DNA of 64,000 nucleotides from Parachlamydiales bacterium (GTDB lineage Bacteria; Chlamydiota; Chlamydiia; Chlamydiales; SM23-39): NCBI GenBank assembly GCA_050302075.1, contig JBNLAH010000005.1, positions 132,288 to 196,287 of the forward strand, read 5' to 3'. Shown piece by piece: positions 18,309 to 27,031 of this stretch (position 1 is its first letter; each line of letters starts with the position of its first letter). The notes under the pieces were generated by a model. It saw only the letters and a program-made list of their open reading frames with translations, ran no database searches and was not told where the DNA came from. The position numbers and the translations under genes were made by a program.

Positions 18309-21170
18309 TTATTTTTTGTAACAATTGCGAATGTCAAATGATTGTGAATTTCCAACATTAATATCGAAGACATCCGATTGAATTAACGAATAAATTGAAG
18401 TAGAAACAAGTGGAATAAGAGGCTTTTCGTCATAAAGTATCTTTTCAGCTTGTTTGTAGAGGCTTTTGCGAGTCTTTAAACAAGAAGTTTTTTGAATTAA
18501 TTGAATCAGATCATTAATTTCCAGGCTATTCCAACTGGCATAATTAATAATATTTCCTAGAGATGAAAAAGAGTTAAGAAAATAACTTGGATCCTGAACT
18601 TTATTGATCCAGCCATATATGTAGAGGCTAATTTGCCTATTACGAATCATTGATAAATATTTAGAGGATTTAACTACGGTAGGTTCGATATTTATATCAA
18701 ATAGGTCATTTAGTTGTTTTGCAATAAGCTTTTCAAGTCCTCGAGAATGAACGGTTGCATAAATTTTTTCTTGGTTAAATATGTCAGGTTTTAGTTTCAT
18801 TTCTTCAAGAGCTTCAAAAAAAAGTTTTTTTGCAAGTATTTGGTTTTCAACTTCAGATTCTTTTAGGTTTAACTGACTAAACTCAGGTGAATAAGGAGCA
18901 TAATAAGGTTGAGATATATTTGAAAAGGCGTTTGCTAACTCTTCTCTTTGAATGGCTAATGAAAGTGCTGATCTCATTTTTTTATTGGAATAAAGAAACT
19001 TTTGGCAATCAAAACTAAAGTATCTTACCTCTGTAACATATCTTTTTTTCTGAACTCTTGGAGAATTTAGTAAAGATGAAGATTGTTTTTTGCAAAAAGG
19101 ATAAAGTAGTGCGTCAAGTTTCTTTTCTTGAAAAAGTAATTGGGATTCTTCTTCTGTTGTACTAGAAATAATGATCCTTTCAAGTTTGACTTTTTCGTTT
19201 TCCCAGAAAAGATGATTCTTCTTTAAGATAATTTTTTTATTGCTAAGCGAATCAATAGTGAATGCTCCATTACATGGATATGTTGTACCTAAAGACTTTG
19301 GCCAGCTAGGGTTATCGATGTCGACTGATTTGCAAACTGGAGAAAAAGCAGAATGTGCACAAAGTTCTAGAAAATAAGGACACGGGTAGTCAAGTTTTAC
19401 CTCTAAAGTCAAATCATCAATTGCTTTAATACCAAGCTCTGAAGAGGGTAGTTTTCCTTCTTTAACTGCTTTGGCGTTTTCTATCGGGTAAAATAAGTAA
19501 CTCAAAGGGGAGGAAAAGTCAGGTTTTAAGCTAGTATTCCAGCTATAGGCAAAGTCATGAGCTGTTAATGGCATTTCATTTGACCAGTAACTTTTTCTTA
19601 AATGGAAGCGATATATAAGTCCCGATTTTGAAATCTCAATTTTCTTTGCAATTGCATTTTCAGGTTTTCCATTTTTACCAATTTTTGTAAGTCCCTCAAA
19701 GAGCATTTTGAGTAAGCAGCTTGGTTCTTCTTCAGTTCCAATCCTTGGGTCAAATGAGGAAAGCTTGGTCGTTAAACTTAATTTCAAGACTTGCTTGAGT
19801 TCTTTTTTTTCTTTCCAATGGTTATAAAATGAAAGAGTTAAGCTTTTAAGTAGTTCACTTTCTAGTCCGGTTTTTTGAAGTGCACAGCTTATAGCAGATA
19901 TTTCATTCGTGACGCTAGAAGCGATAAGAACCTCTGGAAATTTGCTTAGTACGAGATGCTTGAATTCCTTTTCAAAACCTAAATTAATGGTCCTAATTGT
20001 AATGCAAATGCTGTCTTCATCTTCTTTAACAAAATAATCTATTTCTTTTTCAAGACTTCTTCTATTCATTGAAGCAAATACTTTTTTCAGCAATGAAATT
20101 GAAGCGGTTGCTTGCCTTTCTTGAGGATAGATCCCATAGAAAAAGCTTTCTAAAGTTTCGATGGGAGCTTTTATTTCCTTGCAAAGGAGCTTAAAATTAT
20201 TTTCGATTGTTTCTAACAAGCCCCCATTGACATCACGAATAGATCCGAGAAGGCTTTCAATAAGAAGGAATACTTTTTTGCGAGCTTCTATAATTGATGA
20301 TGCAGCTTCAGTTGCAATCTCAACAGTTAACATAACTCCATCTTTATGATAGCTTTTTGCTTTTAAAGTATTTGAAGCTTCAATGTGAATATCAGGATTA
20401 CTTAACTTCTTTTTAAGATGGTCTTTATTTAATTCTCTAGGAGCGCAAATAAGGGCCGAGAACTGAAAACTACTTTCTGTTAGCTTACTAAAATCTATAA
20501 AAACTTGAGGGAGGTCTTTTTTCTTTAGATCATTTATAGCCCACTGAAAGCTTTTAAGCAGCAGCTCACGATTACTTGGAACAATTAATTGTGATTTTGG
20601 CCTTCCTAAATAATCTTCGATTATTTTTGGAAGGTTATGCTGAAAAGAAGATACTTCTTTTTCTGAGAAAGTATTTTCTTTTTGAACTTCTAAATAGATT
20701 TTTGCAGTGTTTTCTTGTTGGTCGATTATTGATAAAAATGATCCATTTACTAAAGCGATTTCTTTGTAATTTTCTAAGATTAATTTTTTGATGGTGTCGA
20801 TATCTAAAGAAGAGTCTCGTATATCAATAAAAAAGCCAAGAACTTCCTTAGTCCTAAATGGAAACCTAAGTATGTGCCTTAATGTATAAAGATTACAGCT
20901 TCCTTTAAAAGATGCTTGAGAGTAGGACAATTTTTCTAAAAGCCAAACCAATAATTCATCGCTTCTTGTCTCGATGAATGATTTATTTGTGAAACTTAAA
21001 AGTTTCATAGTAGCATCTAGGTAATTCTCAAAATAAAAGGCATTATCATTAAGGTTCCAAAGCAGTTTAAAAATTCTGAGCTTTTCACTCCCAACTTGAT
21101 TGATGGCTTCTTTTATATTAAAAATAGAAAAAAATAAATTACTTTTCTTTTTTTTAGGAATTTTTTCCAT
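18309..21170 (-). CDS. Family-5 (OppA/DppA-like) solute-binding domain protein with a ~470-aa N-terminal extension
   Basis: The C-terminal ~480 aa carry SBP_bac_5 patterns (LFEGLTKIGKNGKPENAIAKKIEIS...YRFHLRKSYWSNEMPLTAHDFAYSW). I recognise nothing in the N-terminal half and see no obvious signal peptide. Confidence 0.7.
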   Translation of the reverse strand: MEKIPKKKKSNLFFSIFNIKEAINQVGSEKLRIFKLLWNLNDNAFYFENYLDATMKLLSFTNKSFIETRSDELLVWLLEKLSYSQASFKGSCNLYTLRHILRFPFRTKEVLGFFIDIRDSSLDIDTIKKLILENYKEIALVNGSFLSIIDQQENTAKIYLEVQKENTFSEKEVSSFQHNLPKIIEDYLGRPKSQLIVPSNRELLLKSFQWAINDLKKKDLPQVFIDFSKLTESSFQFSALICAPRELNKDHLKKKLSNPDIHIEASNTLKAKSYHKDGVMLTVEIATEAASSIIEARKKVFLLIESLLGSIRDVNGGLLETIENNFKLLCKEIKAPIETLESFFYGIYPQERQATASISLLKKVFASMNRRSLEKEIDYFVKEDEDSICITIRTINLGFEKEFKHLVLSKFPEVLIASSVTNEISAISCALQKTGLESELLKSLTLSFYNHWKEKKELKQVLKLSLTTKLSSFDPRIGTEEEPSCLLKMLFEGLTKIGKNGKPENAIAKKIEISKSGLIYRFHLRKSYWSNEMPLTAHDFAYSWNTSLKPDFSSPLSYLFYPIENAKAVKEGKLPSSELGIKAIDDLTLEVKLDYPCPYFLELCAHSAFSPVCKSVDIDNPSWPKSLGTTYPCNGAFTIDSLSNKKIILKKNHLFWENEKVKLERIIISSTTEEESQLLFQEKKLDALLYPFCKKQSSSLLNSPRVQKKRYVTEVRYFSFDCQKFLYSNKKMRSALSLAIQREELANAFSNISQPYYAPYSPEFSQLNLKESEVENQILAKKLFFEALEEMKLKPDIFNQEKIYATVHSRGLEKLIAKQLNDLFDINIEPTVVKSSKYLSMIRNRQISLYIYGWINKVQDPSYFLNSFSSLGNIINYASWNSLEINDLIQLIQKTSCLKTRKSLYKQAEKILYDEKPLIPLVSTSIYSLIQSDVFDINVGNSQSFDIRNCYKK

Positions 21171-21291
21171 GGCAAAAATTTAGTTAAATGCTGCAGTGTA
21201 TCGATATTCTTAAAAAATTTGGAGTAAAAAATTGAATGGATGCAGATTTTATTATAAGGCTTTGAAAACCGAATTTTAGATAGATTTTCTT

Positions 21292-21696
21292 CTAATATTT
21301 TTTAGGAAGAGACTTTTCTTCTGTAGCGGGATCGAATTTATAATCAACGCCATCAATGCGAATAGTTCTATAGACCCAAGGATCACTGTTTTCTCGCATT
21401 AAGCGATCACAGCCCATAATAAATCCTTTGAAAAATCCGTAACGCTTGATTGCGTTTTCCATGTATCTTGAACTAGTTGGTCTAAAGTTGCTTTTAGGGC
21501 CATTGGCAGGGGAGATATTTGATTGGTAAAAAACAATTATTTTATTGGCTATTTTTGCACCGGTAGACTTTTCAGTAAGTTCTTCTTTTGCCCTGTGTTT
21601 TTTACTTAACTGAGATCCTTTTCCCCATGGTTCTTTGTAGTAGTCTTTAGCAAAGACCAAAAATGGAAGCATTAATATTATTAATCTAAAAGCCAT
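21292..21696 (-). CDS. YidD-family (DUF37) protein, cysteine-less variant with N-terminal signal/anchor
   Basis: IIVFYQSNISPANGPKSNFRPTSSRYMENAIKRYGFFKGFIMGCDRLMRE aligns to the YidD consensus FYQ..ISP...P.CRF.PTCS.Y...AI...G..KG......R..RC, with the three conserved Cys replaced. The start overlaps the upstream gene by 11 nt. Confidence 0.6.
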   Translation of the reverse strand: MAFRLIILMLPFLVFAKDYYKEPWGKGSQLSKKHRAKEELTEKSTGAKIANKIIVFYQSNISPANGPKSNFRPTSSRYMENAIKRYGFFKGFIMGCDRLMRENSDPWVYRTIRIDGVDYKFDPATEEKSLPKKY

Positions 21697-22630
21697 ATTG
21701 CAAAGAAAACACTGGAAATAGTTTATAATGGTTCATTATCTTTGTGGCCATACCCTCGTATAACCTTTCGTTATAGTATCTGGCCTCAAGGCCTGCCCCA
21801 TGAATACCCCCAAAATACCAACCAAGTTCGAAGCTTGTAGTAATAACACCCGCAGCTATTTCTCCTTTGGAGAAAAAATGGGCGGCAGCCCCAATGAATA
21901 ATGCATTTATAAAAAAAGATGTAACAGCTGCTTTTTTTTGTCCTACATAAAGATAGCCAGTTCCAGGTAGCAGAGCATTAAAGCCCTTGGCTTTTGAGAT
22001 TGATTTTTTATTTTGTGAATAGCTAGCTATAAGAAAAGATACATCTTTTTCGTAGTCGGTGGATTTTGATAGTTTTTCCATTTGAGGAATGTTGGCATTT
22101 AAGAAGGCTTGAGATATTTGAATTTTTTTAGCACTTTTAGGAAAGTCCCTATTCAAAAGACTAAATACTTGTTCTGCCATTTGACAGTTTCCGGTTTTTA
22201 AATAGCTAGTATGTAAAATTATCAAAAGGTCGTGGTAAGGAGGAAAAGATTTGTCAACATGAGCCAATTCCGTTTTTTCAAATAAATTGACTACATCATC
22301 GTATCTATCACCTAGAAAATAGCAGAGTAAAATATTGTACTGTATTTCTAAAGCTCTGTCGGAGTCATCTTCTGTAAGAAGAAACTCAGCTCTTTTAAAT
22401 GTTGAAACAGCTCTGTAAAGGTCCATCTCTTTAGCAAATCTAATTGCAATGATGTATTCCTTTGCCCATCCTTTTTCCCTATCAGCAGGATCAATAGGGG
22501 AGAAAGCAGGTTTTAGCTTATTGATATAGCTTTCTTCTAGCTGGTGATTTATTTTTGGCTCTATTTTATCTGGAACTCTATAGCATCCGATAGTAAATAA
22601 AGTTAGCAAAAAAAGAGTGATTCTAGTCAT
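21686..22630 (-). CDS. TPR-repeat lipoprotein with C-terminal membrane hairpin
   Basis: Lipobox-like LFTIGC at residues 12-17. The central region is TPR-like. C-terminal LPGTGYLYVGQKK plus two hydrophobic helices. The start overlaps the secretin stop by 8 nt. Confidence 0.6.
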   Translation of the reverse strand: MTRITLFLLTLFTIGCYRVPDKIEPKINHQLEESYINKLKPAFSPIDPADREKGWAKEYIIAIRFAKEMDLYRAVSTFKRAEFLLTEDDSDRALEIQYNILLCYFLGDRYDDVVNLFEKTELAHVDKSFPPYHDLLIILHTSYLKTGNCQMAEQVFSLLNRDFPKSAKKIQISQAFLNANIPQMEKLSKSTDYEKDVSFLIASYSQNKKSISKAKGFNALLPGTGYLYVGQKKAAVTSFFINALFIGAAAHFFSKGEIAAGVITTSFELGWYFGGIHGAGLEARYYNERLYEGMATKIMNHYKLFPVFSLQYGF

Positions 22631-25600
22631 CTTCGTATGATTTAATCATTTCCATAGCTTCATCTGTTTCATTTTCTAAAGCAGCATTCCCGGCTTTTTC
22701 TCTAAAGAAGTCTTCTTGCTGCTCAGTAATTGCTTGCATGTCTTCTAAAGAAGTAATGATATGCGGCTTTAAGAAAATAACAATATTTCTATCATTTTCA
22801 AGATTATTATTTAAACTAAATGCAGCTCCAATTAAAGGTAGTCCTCCAAGGCAGGGAATACCTGATTTGCTTCGATTTTTGGTTTGAGTTACCATGCCGG
22901 TCAAGATTAAGAAATTTTTGTTTGGTACATGGAATGTTGTATCTAAGCTTGTTTTAGAGGTGGTGATTCCTTGAACATTATTAACAATCAAGTTTTGTTG
23001 GTCAGTTGTTTCTTGTCTGGAAAGTTTAAGTTGCAATGTCACAACATCCGAGTTACCAAGAACTGGAGTTATTTCCATATCAACACCAATATCACGATAT
23101 TCAATGTTGGTAGTAGAAACAGTATTTGCACCTTCATTTTGAACAAAAGAACCAATAAATGGGATGTTAAATCCAATAAATAAATTAGATTTTTTACTGT
23201 CTTGAGCAAATACTTTAGGGGTAGTCACGATGACAGTTTCATTATCTTGTTGAAGGGCTGTCATAAGCGATCCCATTGAAACAAATGACTGTCCTTTGTG
23301 AAAGATTACATCACCGATTGCACCTAAACTAAAGCCACTTGAGAATGGGATGTCCGTTGGAACAGGGGTAGTTGTAGCATTGATCTGCTGGAATTGTCCT
23401 GGAAACGTTCCACTTGCAGTAGAGGTGTTTGGGGGTAAATTGTTGAAGCTGGCAGATGCTTTATCTTTCCATTTGCCCTTACCTAGCCAATCTAGCCCAA
23501 AGTTCAAGGTATTTGTAAGTGATGTTTCGATAACTAGGACTTCAATAAAAACTTGTTTTAAAGGAATATCTAAACTTTTAATAAGCTCTCTTAGTCTTGT
23601 TAAAATTGGCTGTGATCCTGTGATCAGTAGTGAGTTAGTAACTTCTATCCATTGGATTGCATTAATAGTTTCTATTAAGGTTTTGTCGGCAGCTTTAGAC
23701 TCTAGCAAGTCTTTTGCAATTGATCTAAGTGCACTTCTAATTTGCTCTCCTTTGTGATACTGAAGCTTATAGACTAAAAAGTTAGTTGAGCCGGTAGGAG
23801 ACATAGTAGGTTCGTGGACTGATGATAAGCCATCAGATGGAGAATCAATTTCAGTTATTAAGCTCTTAACTTTGTCAATGGTCTGTTTGTCTCCAGTGAC
23901 TATTAAAGACTTATTAGACTCAACCCATCTTGTGTTGTTTAGCGCTTGGTGAAGTTTAGGGTCACATAAGCCACTCATCTTTAAGTTTTCACCAAATTCT
24001 TCAAGCTGTCTTTGGAGCTCGATTCCAGATAGATATTTTGGCTTATAAATAAAGAACTCTGCTTCTCCTTCTTGAAAACACTCGACGGCCCCAATAGGCG
24101 CAACATCAAATTTTTCAACAAGTGCTTGCGCTTTTTCTAAAGAAGCTGGATCACCTGTGAAAAGTAATGAGTTTGTCTCAGGTACATATTTCATGCTATC
24201 AAGGGCTTGAATGAATCTAGAATCAGCCGTGCCTGATCTTTTCAGGTCTTTAGTAATTTGTTTGACAGATGATTGAATTTGTGAGCCTGATGAGTTTCTA
24301 ATCTTATACAGTAAAAATGTTGATTTACCAATTTGCTGAATTCGTGACTTGGATGCTTCATCATCGATATTGTCTAAAAGTGCTTGTAACTTTTTTAACG
24401 CTTCAGGGGTACCTGTAAAAATAAATGATTGAGTTGTATCGTTGTATTTCATCCCCTTAATTGCGCTAAGAAGGGCAGAGTCAGCCAGATCAGACTTTTT
24501 TAAGTTGCTAGCAATTTCGTCTAACGATTTTTGAATAATCTCAGCTGGAATATTTTTTGGTTTATACATCAAAAAGTCAGTCTGTCCAATCCCAGACATA
24601 TCTCTTTTTACATCGAACTGAGCTACGATATTTTTAGCTTCTTCTAGAGTCTTAGGATAACCTGTTAGAAGAATAGAGTTAGTTTCTTTAACCCACTTTG
24701 CATTGTCTAAAGTATCAATTAGATCGGAGTCTTTAAGCCCTGTTGCTTTTAAATTGCTTGCAAACTTCTCAAGATCCTCTTCGACAATTGCTCCTGAAAT
24801 ATTTTGAAGTTTATATAAGTAATAAGAAGAAAGCGCATGTTTTTGGGCTTCTTCAGGTACATCAAAAGAATCTAATAAACTCTTAACCTTTTCTAAAGCA
24901 AACTCAGGCCCAGAAAACATTAAAGATCTCGACTCTGGAACCCATTTCATGGATTTGATGGCTTGAATAATAGGCTCGTTTTTTAGTCCTGATTTAGAGA
25001 GGTTTTGAACAACTTCTTTTAAATACTGTTCAGCCCTATCTTTTGGTACATATTTCAGCTGATAAATAAAATAAGTTTGTTGAGCTCCTGAAATTTCTTT
25101 AGAGTCAATATCTTTTAGCAACAGCTCCAACTTTTGTAAAGAAGCTGAATCACCTGTAAAGATAATTGACTGTGTATTTTTTATAAATTTCCCACTTTCA
25201 ATGGCTCTTAGGAGAGCTGGATTTGCTAAGTTTGAAGATTCAAAGCTTTGCGCCATTTCTTTTAATGACTCCAGGACTTGATCTCCAGTTAGATTTTGAG
25301 GGTGGTAAATAAGAAATTGATTGCTAATTGGCAACAGCCCATTTTTTTGGTCAAAACTCTCTAACAAGCTTTTTAGTTTTTTTATTCCAGACTCAGGGCC
25401 TGTGAATAAAAGAGAGTTTGTATCAGGCATGTACTTTGCTGATTCAATGGTCTCAATCAAATCCTTTTCTTCAACATCAGCTTTTTTTAGGTCCTTAGCA
25501 GTAGCTTTAAGGGCATCTAATAAAGTAGTGTGCGATGTGTTTTCTACTTTGTACATCCAAAAAGTTTTTTTGTGAGATAACAAATCTCCATTTGCTTCAG

Positions 25601-26897
25601 TGTCAGCTGATATTAGTATTTCTTTTATTTTTTCAAAAACTTCCGAGCTTCCGGTGAATAAAATTGAATTGGTAGAGGTGATCATTTTAGAGTTTTTCAA
25701 TGCATCGATCAAACTCTCGTCAGGATATTTCGAGCTGACTAGCTCTTCCGTATACTTGTCTAAAGCAGTTTTCAAACCGGCTAAGCTTAAGTTTTGTGGC
25801 TTATAGATATAAAATTTTGTAGAGCCTGCAAAGGTACCTTTGTCTGGATTGTCAATTGTAGCTAGCAGTTCTTTTATTTTTAAAATTGAGGTCGCACTGC
25901 CTGTAAATAAGATGGAATTTGTTTCTGGAATAAATGCTAATGAATTGATTGCATCGATTAAGTCTTTTTCAGGTGTTCCGCTTTCTTTAATCGAGTCTTT
26001 GATTTTGTTTAGGGCCTTAATAAGCTCTTGTGCACTTTTAGTAACTGGCTGGTAAATGAAAATATTTTCATTTTTAATTTGTCTGCCTTTCATGGGCCCT
26101 TTGCTTTCAACGTCAATACTTGTAAAGACTTTGATTGCTTTCTCAGCAAGCCTTGGTGTTGAGACTATATAAATAGTGTTCGTAGATTCCTGAGGAACTA
26201 AAATAAAAGGGTTTCCTGCTGCGAGGGGAGCCATAAGTTGATTTGCCAAACTGATAATATAGTTTGGATGATTATAACTGGCATGATATGACTTGATCTC
26301 GAGTGGAGTGTCAGGAGAATCTAAATTCTCAATTAACGAGTCGATTTTTTCTAGATTCGTTGTAATATCAGTTAATACAATTTGTCTTGTTTCAGGTAGA
26401 ACATCTAAGATGGCGCTTTCAGAGATCATCGATCCAATTATTGCTGCTATAGACTCTACAGACGTGTTTTGTATCTTGAATACCTTGGTTAAAATAGGGG
26501 CGCTTGAATCTATTTTTTCATTATCTTTAGATACTTGAGCTAGTTGCTTGACATTAGTAGCTTTTGTGATAATTAAATTGTTATCTTGCTCTAAGATATG
26601 CATACCGTTAATTCTTAAGGACTGAATTAACGTGGACATTAAACTGTCTTTAGTGATTGGTTCACTAGAGGTTACAGAGATAGTATAAGGCTCTAACTCT
26701 GCTTGATCATAGATAAAGTTCAGTGATGCTACTTTTCCAACAAATTTGACGTATTCAATCAACGATACATTCTTGTAGTCAATTGTATACCCCTGACTTG
26801 CTTGTTTGTTCTCTTTTGCTGAAATGCTATGAGATAAAAAACATCCCAAAAGAACAAATGGAAAAAAGAATTTGGTTTTACAAAAAACCATTTTCAT
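22623..26897 (-). CDS. sctC: Type III secretion outer-membrane secretin SctC (CdsC), unusually long at 1424 aa
   Basis: Signal peptide, N0-like domain, many Secretin_N-like modules, and a C-terminal secretin domain (VFIEVLVIETS...GIPCLGGLPLIGAAFS...IVIFLKPHII). Its position after pkn5 matches C. trachomatis CT673-CT674. Confidence 0.92.
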   Translation of the reverse strand: MKMVFCKTKFFFPFVLLGCFLSHSISAKENKQASQGYTIDYKNVSLIEYVKFVGKVASLNFIYDQAELEPYTISVTSSEPITKDSLMSTLIQSLRINGMHILEQDNNLIITKATNVKQLAQVSKDNEKIDSSAPILTKVFKIQNTSVESIAAIIGSMISESAILDVLPETRQIVLTDITTNLEKIDSLIENLDSPDTPLEIKSYHASYNHPNYIISLANQLMAPLAAGNPFILVPQESTNTIYIVSTPRLAEKAIKVFTSIDVESKGPMKGRQIKNENIFIYQPVTKSAQELIKALNKIKDSIKESGTPEKDLIDAINSLAFIPETNSILFTGSATSILKIKELLATIDNPDKGTFAGSTKFYIYKPQNLSLAGLKTALDKYTEELVSSKYPDESLIDALKNSKMITSTNSILFTGSSEVFEKIKEILISADTEANGDLLSHKKTFWMYKVENTSHTTLLDALKATAKDLKKADVEEKDLIETIESAKYMPDTNSLLFTGPESGIKKLKSLLESFDQKNGLLPISNQFLIYHPQNLTGDQVLESLKEMAQSFESSNLANPALLRAIESGKFIKNTQSIIFTGDSASLQKLELLLKDIDSKEISGAQQTYFIYQLKYVPKDRAEQYLKEVVQNLSKSGLKNEPIIQAIKSMKWVPESRSLMFSGPEFALEKVKSLLDSFDVPEEAQKHALSSYYLYKLQNISGAIVEEDLEKFASNLKATGLKDSDLIDTLDNAKWVKETNSILLTGYPKTLEEAKNIVAQFDVKRDMSGIGQTDFLMYKPKNIPAEIIQKSLDEIASNLKKSDLADSALLSAIKGMKYNDTTQSFIFTGTPEALKKLQALLDNIDDEASKSRIQQIGKSTFLLYKIRNSSGSQIQSSVKQITKDLKRSGTADSRFIQALDSMKYVPETNSLLFTGDPASLEKAQALVEKFDVAPIGAVECFQEGEAEFFIYKPKYLSGIELQRQLEEFGENLKMSGLCDPKLHQALNNTRWVESNKSLIVTGDKQTIDKVKSLITEIDSPSDGLSSVHEPTMSPTGSTNFLVYKLQYHKGEQIRSALRSIAKDLLESKAADKTLIETINAIQWIEVTNSLLITGSQPILTRLRELIKSLDIPLKQVFIEVLVIETSLTNTLNFGLDWLGKGKWKDKASASFNNLPPNTSTASGTFPGQFQQINATTTPVPTDIPFSSGFSLGAIGDVIFHKGQSFVSMGSLMTALQQDNETVIVTTPKVFAQDSKKSNLFIGFNIPFIGSFVQNEGANTVSTTNIEYRDIGVDMEITPVLGNSDVVTLQLKLSRQETTDQQNLIVNNVQGITTSKTSLDTTFHVPNKNFLILTGMVTQTKNRSKSGIPCLGGLPLIGAAFSLNNNLENDRNIVIFLKPHIITSLEDMQAITEQQEDFFREKAGNAALENETDEAMEMIKSYEDD
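23568..26063 (-). repeat. About 10 tandem ~83-92-aa protein repeats (Secretin_N / ring-building-motif-like) inside sctC
   Basis: Recurrent F.iYk..n......l...L......sgl.d..li.ai.s.k.v.etNSllFTG....l.k.k.Ll...D. Repeat ends: ETNSILFTGSATSILKIKELLATID, STNSILFTGSSEVFEKIKEILISAD, DTNSLLFTGPESGIKKLKSLLESFD, NTQSIIFTGDSASLQKLELLLKDID, ESRSLMFSGPEFALEKVKSLLDSFD, ETNSILLTGYPKTLEEAKNIVAQFD, TTQSFIFTGTPEALKKLQALLDNID, ETNSLLFTGDPASLEKAQALVEKFD, SNKSLIVTGDKQTIDKVKSLITEID, VTNSLLITGSQPILTRLRELIKSLD. Confidence 0.85.
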
Positions 26898-27031
26898 AAA
26901 ATTATAATTCCATTAAGGTTCCTAAGATAAAACAACCTACCGTTGCTTAACCACTACTAAAATCGTAAAATACCAGACCAATAAATTCAATCTTATCTGT
27001 CTTAATTCGTTAATTAAAAAAAAGTTTCTAT

